A stretch of 64,000 bases of DNA from an uncultured Bacteroidota bacterium (GTDB taxonomy: Bacteria; Bacteroidota; Bacteroidia; Bacteroidales; GCA-2748055): assembly GCA_937129385.1 (NCBI GenBank), contig CAKZNC010000197.1, positions 10,397-74,396 on the forward strand. The letters are read 5' to 3'. Under the pieces are notes generated by a model. It was not told where the DNA came from and did not search any database. It saw only the letters and a program-made list of their open reading frames with translations. The position numbers and the translations under genes are program-made. Position 1 is the first letter of the stretch. Each line of letters opens with the position of its first letter. Positions 56,136-64,000 of this stretch are shown piece after piece.

Positions 56136-57608
56136 ATGAAAATGATGGCAGAAACGCGCAACTTACGATACTTTATTATTTCCATCCTCCTCTTCACAGC
56201 GGGCACCACCTTCTCACAGGGCTACCGGATCAGTCTGGATGCACCTGATTTCGCCGGGCAGGACGTGATCCTTGCAGAATACTTCACAGGCCGGATGGTT
56301 CCGAAAGATACCGCAGCAATAAGTCTGACCGGTAAGGCAGTCTTTGCGGGGGAAAAAGCATTTGATGGTGGATTGTATGTGATCTTTTTCAATCAGAATT
56401 ACTATTTCGATTTCATGATGGATAAGGACCAGGAGTTTGCCATTAAGACCGACTCCTCCGACCTGGCCACAAAAACCAAATACAGCGGTTCAGAGATCAA
56501 TGAACTGTTCTATACCTACAAGAATTACCTGGCCGCTCAGCGTACGCGCCGTTCAGCATACGAATCTTCACTTACTGCAGCCGGATCAAAAGCTGATTCA
56601 ACACGTATCATGGACCAGATGAAAGCGCTGGACAAGGAGACAGGTGAGATCGTTGAGAAGATGATCGAAGCGAACCCGGATACATTCTTTGCCACTTTCC
56701 TACTGGCAATGAAGGAAAAAAGGGCTCCGGAGGAGTTGCTTACCGGCACAAAACACCAGCAGGATTCGACCAGGTATGTCTACTACAAGAACCACTATTT
56801 CGATAATTTTGATGTTTCGGATATCCGCCTGCTGCACACCCCTATTTATGAGCCCAAGATCAATACCTACATCGGGAGGGTGGTCCCACAACATCCCGAT
56901 TCGCTGATCCATGCAGTGGACATGCTGATTGGGAAGTCCCGGGCCGATGAAGATATCTTCAGGTACATGCTGATTACGCTGTTCAACCATTTTGCAGAAA
57001 GTAAAATGATGGGCATGGACAAGGTTTATTTCCATATTGCCGAACAGTATTACCTCCCCGAAGCTACATGGAGCAGTGAGGATTTCCTCACCAAGCTGAA
57101 AGAAAACCTGGATAAGAGCAAAGGAACCTTTATCGGTGAAACAGCCCCCGATTTTGAGCTGAAGGGGATTCCTGCAGAACATTTCCAGATGGCGGAGATG
57201 GATACCGCGATCAAACAGGACCCGCATGTGGGCTACAATTTTATGCTATCTCAGGTTTCTGCAGAATATACGATCCTCTATTTCTGGGAGTCCGATTGCG
57301 GACATTGTCAGAAATCCACACCAAAACTGTACGAGGTATTTCAAAAATACAAGGAGCAGCAGGTCCAGGTGGTGGCTGTCCACGTGATCAACTCAGTTGA
57401 AGGAAAGGTCGAGTGGGTCGATTTCGTGAATGAACACCAGCTGTATGAATGGATCAATTGCTGGAGTCCGTACAAAAACGATTTCAGGCAGATGTACAAC
57501 CTACAAAGTTTTCCGCAGCTGTTCCTGCTTGACAAAGAGAAAAAGATCATCGCCAAATCCCTCAGCCCCGAACAGGCCGATGACATCCTGAACAGGTTTT
57601 TAAATTAA
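56136..57608 (+). CDS. DUF5106-like N-terminal domain fused to a TlpA/thioredoxin-like domain
   Basis: Signal peptide. The C-terminal thioredoxin fold has WESDCGHCQKSTP (CxxC). Confidence 0.6.
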   Translation: MKMMAETRNLRYFIISILLFTAGTTFSQGYRISLDAPDFAGQDVILAEYFTGRMVPKDTAAISLTGKAVFAGEKAFDGGLYVIFFNQNYYFDFMMDKDQEFAIKTDSSDLATKTKYSGSEINELFYTYKNYLAAQRTRRSAYESSLTAAGSKADSTRIMDQMKALDKETGEIVEKMIEANPDTFFATFLLAMKEKRAPEELLTGTKHQQDSTRYVYYKNHYFDNFDVSDIRLLHTPIYEPKINTYIGRVVPQHPDSLIHAVDMLIGKSRADEDIFRYMLITLFNHFAESKMMGMDKVYFHIAEQYYLPEATWSSEDFLTKLKENLDKSKGTFIGETAPDFELKGIPAEHFQMAEMDTAIKQDPHVGYNFMLSQVSAEYTILYFWESDCGHCQKSTPKLYEVFQKYKEQQVQVVAVHVINSVEGKVEWVDFVNEHQLYEWINCWSPYKNDFRQMYNLQSFPQLFLLDKEKKIIAKSLSPEQADDILNRFLN

Positions 57609-57631
57609 TATTCAATCACAACCGGGATTCT

Positions 57632-58705
57632 ATGAAACATAAGAAAATTACACTTAAACTCGAGGATGGCAGCACATTTGATGGTTATTCATTTGGTTAT
57701 GAAGGAAGTGTTGCCGGGGAGGTTGTGTTCAATACCGCGATGACCGGTTATCCCGAGAGTCTGACCGACCCCTCCTACCGGGGCCAGATCCTGACGCTTA
57801 CCTACCCGCTGGTCGGGAATTATGGCGTGCCTGATGACGAGAAAGAGAACGACATGCACCGGTTCTTTGAATCACACACCCTGCACATATCGGCCCTGAT
57901 CGTAAGTGATTATTCTGAAGAGTATTCCCACTGGAACGCACAGCAGAGCCTGGGTGACTGGCTGAAAGAGAACAAGATCCCGGGTATTTATGGGGTTGAT
58001 ACCCGTATGATCACTAAGCTGCTCCGCGAAAAAGGATCCATGCTTGGAAAGGTGATCTTCAATGATGATGAACCGGAATGGTATGATCCGAACGAGGTGA
58101 ACCTGGTGGACCAGGTATCGATCAAGGAGAAGCAGGTATACGGATCGGGGAAACACCGGATCCTTCTGATCGACTGCGGGGTAAAGTACAATATCATCCG
58201 TTACCTGTTGCAGCGCGACACAACTGTGATACGTGTACCCTACGACCATGACATCTCCGCCGAAGAATATGACGGGCTTTTTATTTCAAACGGACCGGGT
58301 GATCCCAAGCAATGTACGGCCACCATCGGTCAACTTGCAAAAGCATTTAAAAATGATGTTCCGATCTTCGGGATCTGCCTCGGAAACCAGCTGATGGCCC
58401 TGGCCGCGGAGGCCGACACCTACAAGCTGAAATACGGGCACAGGAGTCACAATCAGCCCGTGTTGCAGGTCAACACCGATAAAGCTTACATTACCTCACA
58501 GAACCATGGCTTTGCGATCGACAATGATTCACTGAAGGGAGATTGGGAACCCCTGTTCATCAACCTCAATGATCAAACCAATGAGGGGATGAAACACCGG
58601 ACGAAGCCCTTTTTCTCGACCCAGTTCCACCCCGAAGCATCCGGTGGACCGACCGACACGGCTCATCTTTTCGATGCATTCATCGACATGATCGAATCGC
58701 GGTAG
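57632..58705 (+). CDS. carA: carbamoyl-phosphate synthase small (glutaminase) subunit
   Basis: GICLGNQL (catalytic Cys) and FSTQFHPE (His-Glu) class I amidotransferase motifs, plus the CarA N-terminal domain. Confidence 0.92.
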   Translation: MKHKKITLKLEDGSTFDGYSFGYEGSVAGEVVFNTAMTGYPESLTDPSYRGQILTLTYPLVGNYGVPDDEKENDMHRFFESHTLHISALIVSDYSEEYSHWNAQQSLGDWLKENKIPGIYGVDTRMITKLLREKGSMLGKVIFNDDEPEWYDPNEVNLVDQVSIKEKQVYGSGKHRILLIDCGVKYNIIRYLLQRDTTVIRVPYDHDISAEEYDGLFISNGPGDPKQCTATIGQLAKAFKNDVPIFGICLGNQLMALAAEADTYKLKYGHRSHNQPVLQVNTDKAYITSQNHGFAIDNDSLKGDWEPLFINLNDQTNEGMKHRTKPFFSTQFHPEASGGPTDTAHLFDAFIDMIESR

Positions 58706-58739
58706 GAAAAACCGGATCCGAAATCTAATAAAAGAAGGC

Positions 58740-59987
58740 TTACTTCCTGATCTGTCCGCTTCCGTAGATGACATATTTGGTGGTGGTCAGCTCTTTCAGT
58801 CCCATGGGACCACGCGCATGCAGCTTCTGTGTGCTGATCCCGATCTCGGCACCATATCCGAATTCAAATCCGTCGGTAAACCGCGTGGAAGCATTGACAT
58901 ATACAGCCGCCGCATCCACCCTGTCGAGGAAGAACTGTGCGTTGCCGTAGTCGGAGGTCACGATGGATTCCGAATGGGATGATCCATAGGTATGGATGTG
59001 CGAAATGGCATCTTCAAGGGATCCCACCACCTTCATGCTGATGATATAGTCGAGGTATTCCTTGGCCCAGTCCTCCCCGGTGGCCTTCACGGATCCTTTC
59101 AGCAGCTTTGTGACCTGTTCATCGCCGCGTACCTCAACGCCCGCATCCTGCAGCGCCTTCCCGATCAAAGGAATTGCTTCTTCAGCAACATCCTGGTGTA
59201 TCAGCAGACTTTCCGCTGCATTACATACCCCGGGACGATGGGTTTTGGAGTTGACGGCAATCTCCTTTGCCATGGTAAGATCTGCCGATGCATCCACGAA
59301 GACGTGACAGTTCCCCACCCCGGTTTCAATCACCGGTACGGTACTGTTTTGCACCACGGCCTGGATCAGTCCGGCACCACCCCTCGGGATCAGGATGTCC
59401 AGGTAATCATCCAGTTTCATCAGCGCATTGGCGCTTTCACGGGTGGTATTTTTCACCAGCTGGATCATATCCGGATTGTGCCCCAGGTCTTCGATCACCT
59501 CCCTGAAGATATTCACGATGGCCAGGTTGGAGTTGAAGGCCTCCTTTCCACCCCGCAATACACACACATTCCCTGTCTTGATACAGAGTCCGCCCACATC
59601 CGCCGTCACGTTCGGCCTGGATTCGTAGATCACTCCCACGACACCCAGCGGAACACGTTTTTTCCCGATCATCAATCCGTTGGGACGCTTCTTCATCTCC
59701 AGTACCTCCCCGATTGGATCGTCCAGTCCGCCAATCTGCTCAAGACCATCAGCGATCCCACTGATCCGCTCTTCGTTGAGCGTCAGTCTGTCCACGATGG
59801 CACCTTTCAGCCCCATCTCCTTTGCATTGGCCAGGTCTTTACGATTTTCTTCAAGGATCGCAGCTGACGACTCCACCAGTTTCTTCGCCACCCCTTCCAG
59901 GATTTTATCTTTCGCGCTCGTATCTAAATGTGCAAGTTCGTAGGCTGCTGCTTTTGCCTTTTTTCCTATTTCAATGATCTCTTTCAT
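58740..59987 (-). CDS. proA: glutamate-5-semialdehyde dehydrogenase
   Basis: VIYESRPNVT, GVCNAAESLL and STRFTDG blocks. Confidence 0.95.
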   Translation of the reverse strand: MKEIIEIGKKAKAAAYELAHLDTSAKDKILEGVAKKLVESSAAILEENRKDLANAKEMGLKGAIVDRLTLNEERISGIADGLEQIGGLDDPIGEVLEMKKRPNGLMIGKKRVPLGVVGVIYESRPNVTADVGGLCIKTGNVCVLRGGKEAFNSNLAIVNIFREVIEDLGHNPDMIQLVKNTTRESANALMKLDDYLDILIPRGGAGLIQAVVQNSTVPVIETGVGNCHVFVDASADLTMAKEIAVNSKTHRPGVCNAAESLLIHQDVAEEAIPLIGKALQDAGVEVRGDEQVTKLLKGSVKATGEDWAKEYLDYIISMKVVGSLEDAISHIHTYGSSHSESIVTSDYGNAQFFLDRVDAAAVYVNASTRFTDGFEFGYGAEIGISTQKLHARGPMGLKELTTTKYVIYGSGQIRK

Positions 59988-60042
59988 CTGTATATATCTT
60001 ATTTAAAGTATTATAAAATATCTATGTCCAAAGATGAGGGGT

Positions 60043-60876
60043 TCATATCTTCTTCATTCTTTTGGATGATTCTTTTTCAGTTGCATCGCTGATGAAGTGG
60101 GTGCCGAGATCCTTCCCATCCAGTATATCCATGATCACATTCACATCCAGCCCCTGCGCGATCACCACATCAATGTTCTTTTGCCTGCATAGCTCCGCGG
60201 CGTTGATCTTGGATTCCATGCCCCCCGATCCGAAATCTGACTTTCCCTCTGCCGTTATATCTTTCAGGTCTTCAACAGCATTTCTTACAGTAGACACTTT
60301 CCGGGCGTCACTGTTCACGTGGGGATTCGAAGTGTATACCCCATCGGTTGTGGTCAGGATGATCAGCAGGTCGGCCTTGATCAGTTCAGCCACCACCACG
60401 GCGAGCATGTCATTGTCCCCGAACTCGATCTCCTCCGTCGAGACGGTGTCGTTTTCGTTGATCAACGGAATGGCACCAATCTCCAGCAACCGGTTGATGG
60501 TGTTTTTTGCATTCTGTCCCCTGACCTCATGCTCCACGCCATCCCGGGTCAGCAATACCTGCCCGATGGTCTGGTTGTATTCATTGAAAAAGGTCTCGTA
60601 CATCCGCATCAGTGCAGCCTGACCGATGGAGGCCAGGGCCTGCTTTTCAGCAATGGTGCCGGGACTCTCATTCAGATTCAACTTCCCCATCCCGGCGCCA
60701 ACCGCCCCGGAGGTGACAAAAATGATCTCCTTCCCCATGTTGTGCAGTGTTGAGATGACACCTGCCAGCTTTTCCAGCCGAAGGAGATTCACCTTCCCAT
60801 CCTCATGGGTGATCAGTGCTGTTCCAACTTTTACGATGATTCGCTTTTTATCCTTGAGAAGCTCCCGATAGTTCAT
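60043..60876 (-). CDS. proB: glutamate 5-kinase (short form, no PUA domain)
   Basis: IIVKVGTALIT, FVTSGAVGAG and GDNDMLA motifs. Confidence 0.9.
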   Translation of the reverse strand: MNYRELLKDKKRIIVKVGTALITHEDGKVNLLRLEKLAGVISTLHNMGKEIIFVTSGAVGAGMGKLNLNESPGTIAEKQALASIGQAALMRMYETFFNEYNQTIGQVLLTRDGVEHEVRGQNAKNTINRLLEIGAIPLINENDTVSTEEIEFGDNDMLAVVVAELIKADLLIILTTTDGVYTSNPHVNSDARKVSTVRNAVEDLKDITAEGKSDFGSGGMESKINAAELCRQKNIDVVIAQGLDVNVIMDILDGKDLGTHFISDATEKESSKRMKKI

Positions 60877-60914
60877 TCGATGATTTTTTCAGACCAATAC
60901 ACTCCACAAGGGCA

Positions 60915-62270
60915 TCACCGGTCTGCATACATTATATAATAGTTTTTTAAATATTCAAATGTTTTCTCTGCGGGTTTGATCTCCAGCTCCTTCAGCACGG
61001 GTCCTATCTTCTCGCTGATCCGCTCTATTCCCGGGTTTCCGATACTTCCCACATGGGTATAATCAAATCCTCTCCCCGGCCTGAAAGAGCCACCGGCAAT
61101 CTCATCCGCCACCTCCCGGTAGGCATCACGGAAGGTCAATCCTTTCATCACCTTCCTGTTCACCTCCTCCACCGAGTAGAGCAGGTCATATTTTTCATTG
61201 TTCAGGATATCGGTAGCCGGATTCATCTCCCCGACCATCATCTCCATCATTTCCAGGCACTGCCCCACCTTGTCAATTCCCGGCATCAACAACTCCTTGG
61301 TCAGCTGCAGGTCACGGTGGTAGCCCGAAATCAGGTTCGCCGAAAGGCCGGCAAGAGAGGCCGGAAGGTGGATCACCGTGTTGGAATGCGCCCTGATCAA
61401 TTCCAGCACATCCGGATTTTTCTTATGCGGCATGATGCTCGAACCGGTCGTCAGCTGTTCACTGAAAGAGATGAATTTCATCTCCTGGCTCATAAACAGG
61501 ATCATGTCGGCCGACAGCCTGGAGAGGGTGGTCGCAATCGCTGCCAGCCCCTGTGCCATCAAGGTCTCCACTTTCCCACGGTTCAGTTGTGCCACCACCG
61601 GGCTCACCTGCAGATCGCCGAAACCCAGCAGTTTCGTTGTCAGGTCCCGGTCGATCGGAAACGAAGACCCGAATCCTGCTGCCGAACCCAGTGGATTCTG
61701 GTCGATGATCCTGGTGATCCCCGTGGAAAAAAGCAGGTCATTGACAAGCGACTCTGCATAGGCCCCCAGCCAGAGGCCGAATGAAGAGGGCATGGCCACC
61801 TGTGTATGGGTATAACCCGGTAAAAGGTGTATGCTGAATTTTTCCGCCTGTCCCACGAGCAGATCAAAAAGGGAGCTGACACGCTCAATGATCCTTCGGT
61901 ATTCCTCCTTCATCATCAGCTGCATGGCGGTGAGAACCTGGTCGTTCCTGGACCGTGCTGTATGGATCTTTTTTCCCGTGTCACCCAATTGCTCCACGAG
62001 GTAGCTTTCAAGATGACTGTGAATATCCTCTTCCCCTTCCCTGAGATGAAAAGCCTCATCACTCACAACCGGGTAATATTTTGCGAGGGTCTCCACCAGG
62101 CTTTCAGATTCCGACCTGTCGATCAGTCCGGTTTCACCGAGCATGATGGCATGGGCCATGGAACCGATTACATCGTACGGGGCCAGCAACCGGTCAAATT
62201 CCGGGTCCCGGCCCACTGAAAATTTGAGCACCTTTTCTTCTGTCTTCTGTGCTTTTTCCCAGAGTTTCAT
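60915..62270 (-). CDS. argH: argininosuccinate lyase
   Basis: Fumarate-lyase signature GSSIMPHKKNPD plus TARSRNDQV. Confidence 0.95.
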   Translation of the reverse strand: MKLWEKAQKTEEKVLKFSVGRDPEFDRLLAPYDVIGSMAHAIMLGETGLIDRSESESLVETLAKYYPVVSDEAFHLREGEEDIHSHLESYLVEQLGDTGKKIHTARSRNDQVLTAMQLMMKEEYRRIIERVSSLFDLLVGQAEKFSIHLLPGYTHTQVAMPSSFGLWLGAYAESLVNDLLFSTGITRIIDQNPLGSAAGFGSSFPIDRDLTTKLLGFGDLQVSPVVAQLNRGKVETLMAQGLAAIATTLSRLSADMILFMSQEMKFISFSEQLTTGSSIMPHKKNPDVLELIRAHSNTVIHLPASLAGLSANLISGYHRDLQLTKELLMPGIDKVGQCLEMMEMMVGEMNPATDILNNEKYDLLYSVEEVNRKVMKGLTFRDAYREVADEIAGGSFRPGRGFDYTHVGSIGNPGIERISEKIGPVLKELEIKPAEKTFEYLKNYYIMYADR

Positions 62271-63325
62271 AATTCAAGTTTTAAGAGGTTTCCGATCAGC
62301 TGCTGGTAGATGTCAATGGCCCCCCCGATCTCATCTTCCAGCACATATTCATCGGCTGAATGTGACCTCGAAGACTCCCCGGGTCCGATCTTGATTGCCG
62401 GAATATTCAACAGCGCCATGTCCGATAACGTGGGAGAGCCGTAAGGTTTGAAATTCATCTGCTCAAGCAGCGGAAAAACCGGGTGCAAGGCTTCAAGAAA
62501 AGAGCTCCTGAGTCGCATGGAACGCGGAGAGAGCGTTGCCCCGCAGCGATCACCCAGCATCTCCAGTAATTTTTCATTGCTGTACCGGTCATTGCTTCGC
62601 ACGTCGATCACAACGGTGCATTCGGCAGGAACTACATTATGTGCTGTACCCGCATTGATCATGGTTACACTGACCGAAGGGTCGTCGAGCCATTCAGAAT
62701 GATCAGGAAACTTCATGGCACGGATCTTTGCAATGTCATCCACCGCCCTGTAGATCGCATTCACTCCTTCATTCCGTGCAGCATGACCCGCTTTCCCGGA
62801 CGCCGCTGCATCGATGACCATCAATCCCCTTTCGGCGACAGCCGGCTGCATCCCGGTGGGCTCACCCACAATGGCAAACCTGAGTCCCGGGAGTTCAGGA
62901 AGAACCGCCCCCAGTCCGTTTACCCCGCTCACCTCCTCCTCTGCCGACAGCACCAGGACGATATCGTCCGTTTTACCTTCCCCTGCAAGCGCATCAAATG
63001 CCGCCGCCAGGGCAACGAGTGAGGCGCCGTCATCATTGCTGCCGAGCCCTGTGATTTTCCCGCCACTCCTGACCGGAAGCCAGGGGTCAGAAGACCAGCC
63101 AGCCGCCGGTGCAACTGTATCCATATGCGCGTTCAGCATGATGCCCGCCCGGGCAGGATCTGTATTGCGTGTAACCAGCAGGTTGTTGTGGATACGCTTC
63201 ACCGTGAATCCCTCCCTGGTCATCCACTTCAGGAGAAAAGCCGCCCGGGTGTCCTCATTGCGGCTCACTGCAGGAATGGCCAGTAGCTGAACCAGCAGGT
63301 CGATATATTTCCCGACAGAACTCAT
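62267..63325 (-). CDS. argE: M20-family deacylase of the arginine pathway (ArgE-like)
   Basis: M20 metal-site blocks (LNAHMDTV, SAEEEVSG). 4-nt overlaps link it to argH and proC. Confidence 0.7.
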   Translation of the reverse strand: MSSVGKYIDLLVQLLAIPAVSRNEDTRAAFLLKWMTREGFTVKRIHNNLLVTRNTDPARAGIMLNAHMDTVAPAAGWSSDPWLPVRSGGKITGLGSNDDGASLVALAAAFDALAGEGKTDDIVLVLSAEEEVSGVNGLGAVLPELPGLRFAIVGEPTGMQPAVAERGLMVIDAAASGKAGHAARNEGVNAIYRAVDDIAKIRAMKFPDHSEWLDDPSVSVTMINAGTAHNVVPAECTVVIDVRSNDRYSNEKLLEMLGDRCGATLSPRSMRLRSSFLEALHPVFPLLEQMNFKPYGSPTLSDMALLNIPAIKIGPGESSRSHSADEYVLEDEIGGAIDIYQQLIGNLLKLEL

Positions 63326-64000
63326 TTGAGATCGCTGATCCCTGCATGGGAGGTGATGATCCCCTTGATAAGGGCAGAGCTCAACCCGTAATGCTCCATC
63401 TCATTCAAACCGGCGATCGTACAGCCCATGGGAGTGGTCACCTTATCAATCTCCTGTTCCGGATGATTTCCCGTACTGAGCAGAATCTGGGCCGCACCTT
63501 TTGCGGTCTGAGCCGCAATCTTCCCGGCATCCCCGGCATGAAATCCAATCTGGATCCCGCCTTGTGTTTCCGCTCGGATGAAACGCAGGAAGAATGCGAT
63601 CCCGCATGCTGCCATGATGGTCGCTGCCGGCATCAGCCGTTCGTTGATGATCATCGTTGATCCCAGCGGCGCAAACAGTTTCTCTATGGCCTGTTCAGCA
63701 TCCCCGTCATTCCCTGCAATACAGGTCATCGATTCCCCGAATTCCACGGCCGTATTTGGCATGATCCGGACCACCGGAACCCTGTTGTCCACCCAGCTTT
63801 CCAGTTCAGAGATCGAAACTGCCGAGACAACGCTGACAAGGATATGTTTCCCTTTTTCCAGGTGCGGCAGTATCTCTTTGACCACCGATTCAGCCTGTCC
63901 GGGTAACACTGCGAGAATGATGATCCCGCATTCGCTGACCAGTGCTGCATTGCTGGTTTTTACATCAATGCCAAGCTCCCTGAAACCAGACAAAAGTTTT
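63322..64000 (-). CDS. proC: pyrroline-5-carboxylate reductase, N-terminus beyond the window
   Basis: The C-terminal VTTPMGCTIAGLNEMEHYGLSSALIKGI matches the P5CR signature. The Rossmann N-terminus is missing because the window ends. Confidence 0.8.
   Translation of the reverse strand, partial: KLLSGFRELGIDVKTSNAALVSECGIIILAVLPGQAESVVKEILPHLEKGKHILVSVVSAVSISELESWVDNRVPVVRIMPNTAVEFGESMTCIAGNDGDAEQAIEKLFAPLGSTMIINERLMPAATIMAACGIAFFLRFIRAETQGGIQIGFHAGDAGKIAAQTAKGAAQILLSTGNHPEQEIDKVTTPMGCTIAGLNEMEHYGLSSALIKGIITSHAGISDLK

Noticed and set aside
58740-64000. The mixed proline/arginine gene block (proC-argE-argH-proB-proA) as an unusual operon.
   Set aside because: Both pathways start from glutamate, and inclusion of proC in Bacteroidota arginine clusters is known. 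Gene order, the 4-nt overlaps and the sequences look ordinary.

Overview
This 64-kb chromosomal window looks Bacteroidota-like. The signs are many lipoprotein-type signal peptides, a CarboxypepD_reg-type TonB-dependent receptor paired with a DUF4249 protein, a stand-alone atpD-atpC pair, and TAnnTTTG motifs upstream of genes. Most of the window is ordinary core genome: atpDC, ggt, arfB, yciH, carA, a proC-argE-argH-proB-proA block, polyprenyl synthase, an SNF2 helicase, an AsmA-like protein, GT9, DUF2723 and several envelope proteins. The stand-out is a visibly AT-rich accessory segment at about 6.5-20.3 kb that abuts tRNA-Arg(CCU) at 20185-20259 (minus strand). The 3' end of that tRNA occurs three times (8061-8076, 14252-14270, and in the gene itself). 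Each copy follows a terminator-like hairpin after a 9-12 nt spacer. These copies split about 12 kb into two tandem modules. Module E1 (8061-14270) carries only a tyrosine integrase, an Xis-like HTH protein, a gpII/CRI-like rolling-circle Rep candidate and five uncharacterised small ORFs. Its ends are marked by element-specific TTGACACCAC doublets. Module E2 (14271-20184) has no integrase and carries outer-membrane cargo. Smaller oddities are an in-frame TAA in a DUF2961/GH172 gene whose conserved C-terminus continues in the same frame, an A7 tract that appears to frameshift the last beta-strand of an OMP gene, a tRNA 5'-half remnant with a perfect 20-nt palindromic insertion, a membrane-anchored RdhA-like Fe-S protein translationally coupled to an SLC13 permease, and a tandem pair of paralogous OMP-like genes. 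I saw no rRNA, CRISPR array, cas, reverse transcriptase or recognisable toxin-antitoxin pair. All functional calls come from motif recognition by eye. No database search was run.
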